Shown in pieces: positions 16,398 through 25,653 of a stretch of 64,000 bases of DNA. The stretch is from a virus, in the IMG/VR virus record IMGVR_UViG_3300027754_005993, positions 1 to 64,000 of that record. One strand, 5' to 3'. A program made the position numbers and the translations under genes. The notes beneath the pieces were generated by a model that saw only the letters and a program-made list of their open reading frames with translations, searched no databases and was not told the origin of the DNA. Numbering within the stretch: position 1 is the first letter of the stretch; every line of letters starts with the position of its first letter.

Positions 16398-16964
16398 TTA
16401 ATCGTCATATGGACCTTTAATGCCTTTACCAGAAAATATATGTTTAATATAATCCGTAGGTGTTTCTTTTTTAAAGTAAACTGATTTTCCTATTTTTCTT
16501 CTATTTTGTAATGCTTTCATTCCTGCCTGATCTGCCATTACTGCACCATCATCGTCTAGATCATATGCTAATCCAATATCAGTATCCCAAATTTTTTCAG
16601 CTGTCATTTGTTGACGAAGAGATGGAAATGATCCAGGTCCACCATTGGGAATAAATCCAGTTGCTATTGTTAGTGCTTGATCATGTCTATTAACCGTATG
16701 TCCATCGCTCCAACTTTCACCTGGACCTAATACTCTAGATTGAAGTTTTAAACTATTAGCTACCGAATTTCTTTCTAATTTATCTTTATTTTCTTGTTTT
16801 CTTTTTTCTTCAGTTTGCTTTGTGTTATCAGTTGCTTGTGTATTAGCTCCAAACTCTGCACCCGCTCTAATATTTTCTATGGAATCATAACTACGATCAC
16901 CCGTATCTGTTTCAGAACCGCGCAGTTTGGTCTGTTCTTCCAAATGTTGTTTAAAAGTTTTCAT
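16398..16964 (-). CDS. Dispersed tagged protein inserted antisense within the tRNA cluster
   Basis: Starts MKTFKQHLEE; fills the gap between tRNA-Asn and tRNA-Thr. Confidence 0.7.
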   Translation of the reverse strand: MKTFKQHLEEQTKLRGSETDTGDRSYDSIENIRAGAEFGANTQATDNTKQTEEKRKQENKDKLERNSVANSLKLQSRVLGPGESWSDGHTVNRHDQALTIATGFIPNGGPGSFPSLRQQMTAEKIWDTDIGLAYDLDDDGAVMADQAGMKALQNRRKIGKSVYFKKETPTDYIKHIFSGKGIKGPYDD

Positions 16965-16979
16965 ATATCTATATAGAAT

Positions 16980-17051
16980 GCCATCTTAGCTCAGCGGTAG
17001 AGCAACGCTTTTGTAAAGCGTAGGTCGTGAGTTCAAATCTCATATATGGCT
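16980..17051 (+). tRNA. tRNA-Thr(UGU)
   Basis: ACGCT-TT-TGT-AA-AGCGT; one mismatch in the acceptor stem. Confidence 0.85.
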
Positions 17052-17062
17052 TGGATTATATT

Positions 17063-17392
17063 ATGACATTACCTAATGAAATGTTCACATCTTTACGCGC
17101 AGCAAGATCCTTTATGTTGGATTTGCTTGATCCCTCTGTATACCCAAAACTGCCAAAACAGGTTCGTATTGCAGCGAGAGCTCGTCTGAAGCATTTTCCA
17201 AATGAACATGATATTAATAAATTGGAAGAAATGTTCAACAATGCACACCAAGACAAGAATATCATTATTGGTGAAACTAATAAGCAACTTCAAAAAGTTG
17301 CCAACGAAATTCTCATAGCACAGTCAACCCTAAGTAAGTTGACGGGTGCGTTACAAAACTTTATAAATCACAAGGAAAACACTAATGAATGA
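17063..17392 (+). CDS. BPSL0761-family-like phage protein
   Basis: MTLPNE...ARSFMLDLLDP...PKLPKQVRIAARARLKHFP; the listed start 17027 is inside tRNA-Thr. Confidence 0.6.
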   Translation: MTLPNEMFTSLRAARSFMLDLLDPSVYPKLPKQVRIAARARLKHFPNEHDINKLEEMFNNAHQDKNIIIGETNKQLQKVANEILIAQSTLSKLTGALQNFINHKENTNE

Positions 17393-17648
17393 TCTACAAC
17401 CAATTGGTAAGACTGTCATGCTTGAACGAGATTTTGGTGGTCGAAAGACAACTGATGCAGGAATCATCTATGATGATAAAGTGACTAACAAAATGGTTTG
17501 GTCTAAAGTTCTCGCTGTTGGTAATGCCATCACAGAAGACATCAAAGTCGGTGATCGCATTTTGTGGGATATCACCAAGATTAAGGGAATCCATAATGGA
17601 TATGATATAGTACATCAAGATTCCCTTTATATGGTTTCTAGGGATTGA
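17385..17648 (+). CDS. Co-chaperonin GroES (Cpn10)-like
   Basis: LQPIGKTVMLE...KTTDAGII...VLAVG...IKVGDRIL. Confidence 0.8.
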   Translation: MNDLQPIGKTVMLERDFGGRKTTDAGIIYDDKVTNKMVWSKVLAVGNAITEDIKVGDRILWDITKIKGIHNGYDIVHQDSLYMVSRD

Positions 17649-17672
17649 CATTATACCTAAATATGATATAAT
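17645..17672 (+). promoter_or_regulatory. sigma70-type promoter
   Basis: TTGACA-16 nt-TATAAT with TG. Confidence 0.7.
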
Positions 17673-17684
17673 GGAGTCTCAAGT

Positions 17685-17921
17685 ATGCCAAAAGAAATTA
17701 ACAGATCAGATTTAGTCTTTATTCAAGCAACCAGAGATGGTCGTTGCATTGATATGTTGTTGCCCATGAAAGAAATAGAAAAGGGTGTATCTAGAGCAAT
17801 TGATCCAAAGAATACGGATTTGATTCCTGATAACTGTTGCACCTGTTGGCCTATTGAGAAACCCCCAAATTGTACATTTTGGGATCGTCTATTATTTAAT
17901 TGCCCTAAAGAGAATGGATAA
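17685..17921 (+). CDS. Small Cys-containing hypothetical protein
   Basis: ggag RBS; CCTCW motif. Confidence 0.6.
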   Translation: MPKEINRSDLVFIQATRDGRCIDMLLPMKEIEKGVSRAIDPKNTDLIPDNCCTCWPIEKPPNCTFWDRLLFNCPKENG

Positions 17922-17938
17922 CATATGAGATTTATATT

Positions 17939-18640
17939 ATGAAGGGCGTAATACTTGCTGGTGGAACGGGAACAAGACTGTATCCATTGACCATTTCGGT
18001 CAACAAACATCTGTTACCCATTGGTGAGAAACCAATGGTTCTTCATTGCGTGGATAGACTCGTAGAAGCAGGAGTGACTGACATAATGATTGTCACTAAT
18101 CCCGAGTATGTCGGTGACTTTTCAATGTTGCTCAAGAGTGGCAAACAGTTCGGTTGCAATATTACCTACAAGACTCAGGATAAACCAGATGGAGTCGCTG
18201 GGGCCTTGGCATGTGCGCGTGAGTTCGTTGGAAACGACAACTGCGTAGTCCTGCTTGGAGACAACATGTTTGATTTCAGTATCAAAGATGTTGTGCAGTC
18301 GTTCGTGGGTGGGTGTGGCATCTTCTTCAAGATAGTTCCTGATGGACATCGTTACGGAATCGGCCGATTTCGAGATGGAAAGTTGATCAGTATAGATGAG
18401 AAACCAAGCGATGTTACAAAGGCTCATGCTTGTATAGGAATCTACCTGTTTGACAACAATGCATTCAATACTATTCGTACATTGGTTCCATCTGATCGTG
18501 GTGAATATGAAATATGCGATGTGATCAACGACTATCTTAAGCGGGGTTTAGTTGTTCATACTTTCGTGGATGGTTGGTGGACTGATGCTGGAACTATGAC
18601 TTCCTACAAAATGGCAAACGAGAAGATGAACAATGGATGA
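17939..18640 (+). CDS. rmlA: Glucose-1-phosphate thymidylyltransferase
   Basis: MKGVILAGGTGTRLYPLT...NKHLLP, LGDN, EKP, RGEYEI, WTDAGT. Confidence 0.93.
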   Translation: MKGVILAGGTGTRLYPLTISVNKHLLPIGEKPMVLHCVDRLVEAGVTDIMIVTNPEYVGDFSMLLKSGKQFGCNITYKTQDKPDGVAGALACAREFVGNDNCVVLLGDNMFDFSIKDVVQSFVGGCGIFFKIVPDGHRYGIGRFRDGKLISIDEKPSDVTKAHACIGIYLFDNNAFNTIRTLVPSDRGEYEICDVINDYLKRGLVVHTFVDGWWTDAGTMTSYKMANEKMNNG

Positions 18641-19565
18641 AACTATAGTAATAACTGGCTGCGCTGGATTCATCGGTAGCCATGTGACTGATCACTTCCT
18701 TGCTAACGGATATACCGTAGTTGGATATGATGCATTCACATATGCTGGCAAGGTGGAGAACCTCAAGTTTGCCACAAACCATCCTAGATTCACTTTGGTC
18801 GAAGGTTCGATCAATGACACGAAACTCCTTGAGGAGTCCGTGAGAAAGCATGATGCCAAGTGGATTTTGAACCTTGCAGCCGAGACTCATGTGGATAACT
18901 CTATCAAGTCCTGTGATGTGTTCCTACAGACGAATGTACTTGGTACTAAATCCGTTCTGGATGTCTGTAGGAACACAAGTACCAAGTTGCTGCACTTCTC
19001 GACCGATGAAGTCTATGGAGTACCTCATGGGGAAATCTCTTTCGTGGAGGAATCCCCACTTAATCCTAAGAATCCGTATTCTGCAAGCAAGGCTGCTGCG
19101 GATCATCTCATCATGGCATATGCAAATACTTACGGTTTGCAGTACATCATGGTTAGACCATCGAACAACTTCGGACCAAGGCAGCATGAGGAAAAGTTTC
19201 TTCCAAAGATGATCAAGAACTTGCTTGCAGGAAAGAAGATTCCCGTGTATGGTGATGGATCGCAGATCCGTGAGTGGACATTCGTGAAGACCACGGCTGC
19301 TGCGACTAGGTTCATTCTTGAGAACTCCAAGATGAACGAGATATACAACATTACGACAGGAGAGTTCATGCGGAACATCGATGTGGTGAATCGGGTTTGC
19401 GAGATGGTTCAACTCCATGCACCAGACTTCATCGAATATGTTCCTGACAGGCTAGGTCACGACTTTCGCTATTCGATCAATGCGGACAAACTCAAGAAGT
19501 TAGGGGTTGAGTTCTGTGATGAGTTCAAGAAGAGGCTTTGGGAAACCATACAGGAAACTCAATGA
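18633..19565 (+). CDS. rmlB: dTDP-glucose 4,6-dehydratase
   Basis: ITGCAGFIGSH, AAETHVDNSI, STDEVYG, PYSASKAA, GHDFRY. Confidence 0.93.
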   Translation: MDETIVITGCAGFIGSHVTDHFLANGYTVVGYDAFTYAGKVENLKFATNHPRFTLVEGSINDTKLLEESVRKHDAKWILNLAAETHVDNSIKSCDVFLQTNVLGTKSVLDVCRNTSTKLLHFSTDEVYGVPHGEISFVEESPLNPKNPYSASKAAADHLIMAYANTYGLQYIMVRPSNNFGPRQHEEKFLPKMIKNLLAGKKIPVYGDGSQIREWTFVKTTAAATRFILENSKMNEIYNITTGEFMRNIDVVNRVCEMVQLHAPDFIEYVPDRLGHDFRYSINADKLKKLGVEFCDEFKKRLWETIQETQ

Positions 19566-19741
19566 ATATAACAATATTGGGAAATGGATATGTTGGAAAA
19601 CATTTATATGAAACATTATCCAAACATTATAATGTAAGTATACATTCAAAAATTAATCTAAATTATCATGATAAAAATAATCCAATGATTAATGCACTTT
19701 CTGAATTGGAAGCATTACAAAACTGTTTAAAAAGTAATTGA
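19562..19741 (+). pseudogene. Internally deleted NAD-dependent sugar epimerase/reductase remnant
   Basis: Rossmann start ITILGNGYVG then only 59 aa; lies directly after rmlB. Confidence 0.55.
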
Positions 19742-19787
19742 CAAGTAACATCGTTGTGTTACAATATAACTAACCAAGGAGTATATC

Positions 19788-20105
19788 ATGAATGTGAAGA
19801 TTGTTCGTTTGACTAGTGGAGAAGAACTTATTTCAAATGTTACCGATAACGGAGAGACTATTACTCTCAAGGATGCATCGGTACTTATCCCATCACCAGA
19901 AGGTAAATTGCTTCTGGCACGATGGTTGCCATACGCAGATACCAAGGAAGGCATTACGCTTGAGAAGCGTCATCTTGTCTTTACCATTGATCCGCAGAAG
20001 GAACTTGCCGATCATTACACAAATGTTGTAGTGAACGGACTTGTAATTCCTGGTAAGAAGATCATTGATCCTCTTGCAGGATCGGGTCTTAAACTGACAG
20101 TCTAA
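19788..20105 (+). CDS. Conserved T4-like phage Sm-like small protein
   Basis: MNVKIVRLTSGEELI...WLPY...; upstream promoter TTGACA-16-TACAAT at 19738-19765 and aaggag RBS. Confidence 0.65.
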   Translation: MNVKIVRLTSGEELISNVTDNGETITLKDASVLIPSPEGKLLLARWLPYADTKEGITLEKRHLVFTIDPQKELADHYTNVVVNGLVIPGKKIIDPLAGSGLKLTV

Positions 20106-20108
20106 AGC

Positions 20109-20137
20109 TTGACAAGTAGTGGTTTCTATGGTATAAT
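20109..20137 (+). promoter_or_regulatory. sigma70-type promoter for tRNA-Arg
   Basis: TTGACA-17 nt-TATAAT with TG. Confidence 0.8.
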
Positions 20138-20145
20138 AGGAACAT

Positions 20146-20219
20146 ATTCCTGTAACTCAGTTGGATAGAGTAACGGATTTCTAATCCGTTGGTCGGAGGT
20201 TCGAGTCCTCCCAGGAATG
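20146..20219 (+). tRNA. tRNA-Arg(UCU)
   Basis: ACGGA-TT-TCT-AA-TCCGT; acceptor ATTCCTG/CAGGAAT. Confidence 0.92.
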
Positions 20220-20372
20220 TTTATTATGAACAGACACAATACATCAATTCGTAGAGTTTCAAACCAACTCTTGTGGGAACTCAGGATCAAAGGCAATAAA
20301 TGGGAGTGGTATCCATCTCACCATCGTGCGGTGAACAATTATTATCATTTCAAATCGAAAGGAACTAAAATT

Positions 20373-20693
20373 ATGAAGAATCGTAGTGTTATTATCGGAC
20401 TTGCATTTGTAGGACTCGCAACGCAAGTATTCCCCCTAATTTGTGCAGGTGCGCTCAAGCAGAATTACATTGAGGCATTCAATGCTGCTTCAGTTATCAC
20501 TCTCTTCTGCGCATTCATTCTCAATGTGTGGTCACAACCATGCACAAAGGATAAGGATTATGAGCGCGATGCAATTCATCGTGACTTTGATGCGGTCTAT
20601 CGTCACATTGACGATAGTGCGCGGGATCTTCGCGATGATATTCGTGATGCTGAGTCTAACAAGTGCTGCAAGATGCCTTGTGGAAAGAAGTGA
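20373..20693 (+). CDS. Two-TM membrane protein
   Basis: aagga RBS, MKNRSVIIGLAFVGLA... two hydrophobic segments. Confidence 0.6.
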   Translation: MKNRSVIIGLAFVGLATQVFPLICAGALKQNYIEAFNAASVITLFCAFILNVWSQPCTKDKDYERDAIHRDFDAVYRHIDDSARDLRDDIRDAESNKCCKMPCGKK

Positions 20694-20711
20694 TTCCATA
20701 AATATGGGTAC

Positions 20712-20930
20712 ATGCTAAAAGCAACATATACTTACTCATTTCTTGAGTTAAGTGGAAATCCCAAAAGATTTATAGAATCAAAACTTGAGTGTTCAATCAA
20801 GGGTTACGGTGTCTCAACAGATGCCGTAACCCTTTGTGTTTTATATGAATCTGTGGATGCTTTCAATACTATCAACAAAACAATGCTGGATAAGTTTAAA
20901 CTTACTCCAATTAATATTAATATGATTTAG
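20712..20930 (+). CDS. Hypothetical protein
   Basis: ORF preceded by a CATAAATA late-like motif. Confidence 0.5.
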   Translation: MLKATYTYSFLELSGNPKRFIESKLECSIKGYGVSTDAVTLCVLYESVDAFNTINKTMLDKFKLTPININMI

Positions 20931-21970
20931 AATGGTCTTCCGTAGAAACTATTCGTTATGTTGCCGCTTTTATTGATTACACCAGAAAGTTTTGACGACA
21001 TGTTCATTGAAGATGCTATTGCACTTGTCGTTTGTATAAGAGTGTCATTGAAGCTTCTTTGTGTTGCGGTATCTGTTTCAGGTGTGGCACAGAATCTATT
21101 CAGAGTTATTTCTGACACAATTCGCCGTGATGGACTTGATCTGAATCTACATTGGGATATTGTGTGATTATCAGCGCAAGATATAACTACGCCATTAAAA
21201 TATTGAACACACGCTCCAGTTATTGTTTCTGTCACATTTGGTGGAGCAATAAATGGATCAATCACGGGCAGATATATGTCTATCTTTGTCTTTGAATTTG
21301 TAAGATCTACAGGATCTAGATCTTTGTCTACAACAATATATTCATTTCCATCTGAATCTGTATTGATGTCCAACACTTTAACTTGTGATGAAATATCTGT
21401 TATCTTAATATAATCTCCAGCTCTAATACCAAGATAATTAAATGAATTCTTTGTGTTTTTACCAAGTTTATTTTTAATTATTGTTTTTATTTCTATTGGA
21501 GTGGATAGTGTCTTTGCAATAATGTATGGAATTTCATCAAATCTAGTTTTATCATATCTGTTTATTTTAGGGGATAATGATTCCACTGATGTTACATCTG
21601 CTTCAATTATTCCATTGTAATAACTGCGAAATACATAATCGCCTCCAAGATCGGCTGTCGAATTTGAATTTGTATCCGTGTATGTGCCATTAAATAAAGT
21701 CAATCCAGTACCAGTTTGAATCTGAGAAAAATACTCCTCAATTTTTGTAGGTATATCTGAATTTGTCTGATTTGAATAATCAATCAGACATTTTGTATTA
21801 TTTGAATAATACACAATGGATGGAGTGGAAACTATTCCCCGATTAATGGATGCTGTATCTTGCTTTGATTTCTCAATCACCAAACCATAAAGAACACCTT
21901 CACGAACAAAGACTAATTTCTCTTTGTTATTTTGTTTTGCTGAAGTAGTTGTTGATCTATATGATCTCAT
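20927..21970 (-). CDS. Putative virion protein
   Basis: 347-aa ORF with a GAC..C..C motif like the fibre proteins; coupled to the upstream gene. Confidence 0.6.
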   Translation of the reverse strand: MRSYRSTTTSAKQNNKEKLVFVREGVLYGLVIEKSKQDTASINRGIVSTPSIVYYSNNTKCLIDYSNQTNSDIPTKIEEYFSQIQTGTGLTLFNGTYTDTNSNSTADLGGDYVFRSYYNGIIEADVTSVESLSPKINRYDKTRFDEIPYIIAKTLSTPIEIKTIIKNKLGKNTKNSFNYLGIRAGDYIKITDISSQVKVLDINTDSDGNEYIVVDKDLDPVDLTNSKTKIDIYLPVIDPFIAPPNVTETITGACVQYFNGVVISCADNHTISQCRFRSSPSRRIVSEITLNRFCATPETDTATQRSFNDTLIQTTSAIASSMNMSSKLSGVINKSGNITNSFYGRPF

Positions 21971-23220
21971 TAGGTTCCAATATAAACGAGTGTAGCAGTT
22001 CCAGTAGCAGTTCTAGCAAACAATGATCCAAGAGTAGAGACTTCAAGATAAATTGATTCACCTGGACTTAAGATATAACCAGTCGTAGATGATACGGTTA
22101 CGGAACTACCAATGTAAACATCAACAGAATTGTTATTTGGTGATTTCACAGTAACTCCAGTTCTAAGACTATTGGTTCCCATGATTGCTGGAGATGTAGT
22201 TATAGACTTCTGACCGTGTACAATCTTGCTTGGTCTATTGATTGAATTTACTACAACCTTAGCACCATTTCCAGAAGAATTTATCAGATTTAATATATCA
22301 AGAGCATATCCAGCATTTGTGGCAACAGCACCGATATTTGTTTTCAATGAATCTATTTCTGCGATTAGATCATCATCATTGATTGATACAGTGCCAGATA
22401 TTCCAACGGGAACCGCTGTAAATGCTCCAATTTCTACAGCACCACCAGCAAGACTACCTTTGATTGTCAGAGGATTTCCTGTACCAGTGAATCCTTGTAT
22501 TTGTAGTGGACCTCCAGAATTTGTTACACCAGTTGTTGCAGATACTGTAACACTGAAGGTGAATCCTGCGTTAGTGACTGCAACTTTAATTGCATCTCCA
22601 GACATGCCCACTGCGGTATTTCCAGCGTAAATGTTTGCGTGAATCCATGTAGATCCAGCTGGACCAAATACAGATATTGAATTGGTTCCTGCTGCCAAAG
22701 CAAGACCACCACTTATACCAACATTTCCAAAAACACTGATGCTGTCGGTTGTGGAAGATAGTCTTCTACCACCAGTTACGGCAATTGCTGTTGCACCACT
22801 GATACCATATATTGCAACTTGATTTATAATGCTGACAACACCAGTAACACCAACTGCAACACCATTAGCTACACCTTGTATTGAACCTGTAATTGCTACT
22901 GGGGCATCTGTGGTGAAGGTTGAACCTCGAATTATAAGTGGTATTGTTGGATTTGTTCTAACAAAGAAATCTCCAGTTCCAGTTATTGTTCCACTGATTG
23001 GAAGTGTTGAACCAGTTATGCCATAAATCTTAATTGGCATTGGGTAGGCTTCGGAAACACGATATGTGTTACTAGCATCGCCCCAAGTTAATTTGGAAAT
23101 TTGAGCATGTGATGCAGTAAATCCATCTCCACTTGTACCGTAGTCGGTGGCAATTACTGCTGTACCAGTAGCAATTGTTATTTCAATGTTGTCTGCGGAA
23201 TACCCTGATGGAGTTGGCAT
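21970..23220 (-). CDS. Gly/Thr/Ala-rich fibre-like virion protein
   Basis: Repeated V/I-x-G-x-T/S beta-type units, a short coiled coil and a C-terminal beta domain. Confidence 0.65.
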   Translation of the reverse strand: MPTPSGYSADNIEITIATGTAVIATDYGTSGDGFTASHAQISKLTWGDASNTYRVSEAYPMPIKIYGITGSTLPISGTITGTGDFFVRTNPTIPLIIRGSTFTTDAPVAITGSIQGVANGVAVGVTGVVSIINQVAIYGISGATAIAVTGGRRLSSTTDSISVFGNVGISGGLALAAGTNSISVFGPAGSTWIHANIYAGNTAVGMSGDAIKVAVTNAGFTFSVTVSATTGVTNSGGPLQIQGFTGTGNPLTIKGSLAGGAVEIGAFTAVPVGISGTVSINDDDLIAEIDSLKTNIGAVATNAGYALDILNLINSSGNGAKVVVNSINRPSKIVHGQKSITTSPAIMGTNSLRTGVTVKSPNNNSVDVYIGSSVTVSSTTGYILSPGESIYLEVSTLGSLFARTATGTATLVYIGT

Positions 23221-23289
23221 ATCTAAATCCTTTTATAATTATATATACTAACGCTTGACTATTATTTTTTATAGGGTATACTAATCAAC

Positions 23290-23517
23290 ATGATATTCAA
23301 AGTAACCAAAGAAGATTTCTCAAAACGAATTGAGAATTATGTACTAGAAACGAATTCTTCATATATTGATGCGGTTGTTCATTATTTTGAAGAATATTGT
23401 TACGATTTTTCCCTTGCTCCAAAACTTTTAACTCAACCTTTATTGGAAAAGTTAGAACAGGAAGGAAGAGAATTAAACCTTTTACCAAAGGTTAAAAACA
23501 AACTACCCTTTGCTTGA
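23290..23517 (+). CDS. gp33: Late promoter transcription coactivator gp33
   Basis: FSKRIE..V...SYIDAVV...LLEKLEQEGRELNLL..K..LP; position just before gp32. Confidence 0.85.
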   Translation: MIFKVTKEDFSKRIENYVLETNSSYIDAVVHYFEEYCYDFSLAPKLLTQPLLEKLEQEGRELNLLPKVKNKLPFA

Positions 23518-23541
23518 CATTGGGTATATTTATGGTATAAT
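23514..23541 (+). promoter_or_regulatory. sigma70-type promoter for gp32
   Basis: TTGACA-16 nt-TATAAT with TG. Confidence 0.75.
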
Positions 23542-23607
23542 ACAGAAGTGGGGAGTTCCCACCTAGTAATTTAGTCCAAGGTAGATCCTTGGGGAAAGTT
23601 AGGTTAT

Positions 23608-24501
23608 ATGGGTTTTAATGATCTGAAGAAGAAGTCTAAGTCTGGTATTGATGAACTAATTAAGAAGATGGATGACCAGACAAAGGCGAAGGACGGGTTT
23701 AAGGATGATCGGTTGTGGAGGCCAGAACAGGATAAGTCGGGTAACGGATTTGCAATCATTCGTTTTCTTCCGACAGCAGATGGTGAAGATGTTCCTTGGG
23801 CAAAGGTTTATAACCATGCATTTCAAGGACCAGGTGGATGGTACATTGAGAATTCTCTGACAACCATCGGTCAGAAAGATCCAGTTGGTGAACTGAATAA
23901 CCAACTTTGGAACTCAGGACTTGAGTCGGATAAGGATCTCGCGCGTGTTCGTAAGCGCAAGTTGACTTATATCTCAAATGTTTATATTGTATCGGATCCA
24001 TCAAATCCTCAGAATGAGGGTAAGGTGTTTCTTTACAAGTATGGTGTCAAGATTTACGAGAAGATTCAGGAAGCGATGAAACCTGAATTTAATGATGAAG
24101 AACCAATCAATCCGTTTGATTTCTGGAAGGGTGCAAACTTCCGAATCAAGATCCGTAAGGTTGGTGGATTCACAAATTACGACAAGTCTGAGTTTGATTC
24201 TCAGTCAGTCTTGTTTGATGATGATGCCAAGTTGGAGAAGATTTGGAAGTCTGAGTATCCTCTGCTTCCATTCCTTGATGCTTCAAACTTTAAGTCGTAT
24301 GACGAACTTAAGACGAGAATGCAAGAAGTGCTTGGTGGCGATGTTCGTGCTACAGCACCCAATGCGGCGAAGACTGCGGAAGATGTGGCAGAGGAGATGG
24401 TTGAGAAGAAACCCTCTCTGAAGTCAAAGAAACCCGTTGAACAGGATGTAGATGACGAGTCCGATGCTCTGAGTTATTTTCAGAAGCTTGCAGAAAACTA
24501 A
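23608..24501 (+). CDS. gp32: Single-stranded DNA-binding protein gp32
   Basis: DKSGNGFAIIRFLP, GWYIENSLTT, NPFDFWKGANF, NYDKSEF, acidic tail. Confidence 0.97.
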   Translation: MGFNDLKKKSKSGIDELIKKMDDQTKAKDGFKDDRLWRPEQDKSGNGFAIIRFLPTADGEDVPWAKVYNHAFQGPGGWYIENSLTTIGQKDPVGELNNQLWNSGLESDKDLARVRKRKLTYISNVYIVSDPSNPQNEGKVFLYKYGVKIYEKIQEAMKPEFNDEEPINPFDFWKGANFRIKIRKVGGFTNYDKSEFDSQSVLFDDDAKLEKIWKSEYPLLPFLDASNFKSYDELKTRMQEVLGGDVRATAPNAAKTAEDVAEEMVEKKPSLKSKKPVEQDVDDESDALSYFQKLAEN

Positions 24502-24516
24502 GCACATTTTTCTCCA

Positions 24517-25470
24517 TTATCCTATAACAACCCTCCAACTAGGAGGGTTGTTTTTATTTGCAAAAAAATAATGAGGATCTGGTACTTCATTTATATGATC
24601 AATTTCTCTTGGTTGGTCCTTTGCGGTATACGATCCCATTTCAGTGTCTTGAAATAACGGTGTTGTTCCCTCAATAAAATCTTCTTCTTGAATTTGTTGG
24701 AGATTATCCGCAGCTGCCATGTGTTCAATTCTCTCGTAATCTCTTTTAGATTCTAGTCTAGACGCAGATGCAGTTTGAGTTAAAAGTTCATTCAGAGTCT
24801 GAGTTGTTGATTGATTCATTGTAGAATTATCAATCATTACATTTCCACCCTGAATTGTCGTATTGGTCGTTTTGTCTATTGAGCTCTGTGGCGACATATT
24901 TGATATAGTTGAATTCATATTCATAGAAACATTTGAAATATTTTTTAATACTTCATACCTTTCTGCCACTTGGGGATTTCTATCCTTAAGCGAAGATTGG
25001 GTATATGTGTAGTTTCCTTGAGTTGGTGTAGTGAATGTTTCCAATTTTAATGCAGTGAAAGGTTTTGGACTTGAAGCAGCGGAAAAATTCATATCATTGC
25101 GTGCTTCAAACTTGGTTTTTTCATTCTCCCTTTCAAGATAATTGAAATGACTAATATAGTTACCTGAAGTATCGTAATGCTCCCTGCCTGAGTTTTTTTT
25201 TATTGTTTCTGGAGAAGTACTCGACAAGGCATTCTGAACTACTGACTTTGCTTTGTTTTCAATATTCCTACCAGCACCCCCACCTCCAGCGACATTCACA
25301 TTCAAATTGAAATTATTGACAACATTGCCTGGGTCTGTTGTAGAAGTATCAGTAATAGGACTTGGTAGTGTGACATAGTTTTCGGGAACAGTATTCTCAA
25401 GCGAAAGAATCCCCGCTCCTAAAGTATCTCCCAATGCTTGGTTTGCTAGTTCTCTTTTATTATCTGCCAT
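24517..25470 (-). CDS. Hypothetical Ser/Thr/Asn-rich protein downstream of gp26/gp51 (possible hub/tape-measure-related)
   Basis: 317-aa ORF; synteny only. Confidence 0.5.
   Translation of the reverse strand: MADNKRELANQALGDTLGAGILSLENTVPENYVTLPSPITDTSTTDPGNVVNNFNLNVNVAGGGGAGRNIENKAKSVVQNALSSTSPETIKKNSGREHYDTSGNYISHFNYLERENEKTKFEARNDMNFSAASSPKPFTALKLETFTTPTQGNYTYTQSSLKDRNPQVAERYEVLKNISNVSMNMNSTISNMSPQSSIDKTTNTTIQGGNVMIDNSTMNQSTTQTLNELLTQTASASRLESKRDYERIEHMAAADNLQQIQEEDFIEGTTPLFQDTEMGSYTAKDQPREIDHINEVPDPHYFFANKNNPPSWRVVIG
24526..24559 (+). terminator. Intrinsic terminator after gp32
   Basis: aacaaccctcc-aacta-ggagggttgtt 11-bp stem plus U-tract. Confidence 0.75.
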
Positions 25471-25618
25471 AGATTTCTGCTCTCGACTGCATAGTCTTAA
25501 GATTTTGTTCTTCTATATACTGCCTCATTTGGTCCACATATATGTCTCGTTCCCAGGGTATCATGTTTTCGATTTCCGCTAGGTTTTGTTTTTGAACATA
25601 CATCAGATTAAAGTTCAT
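25460..25618 (-). CDS. gp51: gp51-like baseplate hub assembly ORF (not in ORF track)
   Basis: NFNLMY..K.NLAEIENMIPWERDIYV signature; the frame stays open upstream to 25660. Confidence 0.75.
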   Translation of the reverse strand: MNFNLMYVQKQNLAEIENMIPWERDIYVDQMRQYIEEQNLKTMQSRAEIYGR

Positions 25619-25653
25619 CTGTAGAATATTGTTCAAATTAGTGTGGCTGAGGC

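Noticed and set aside
25193-25201. A9 run (minus strand, IKKN) in 24517..25470 as a second frameshift site
   Set aside because: The zero frame continues normally and the -1 frame closes after about 35 codons with no recognisable motif
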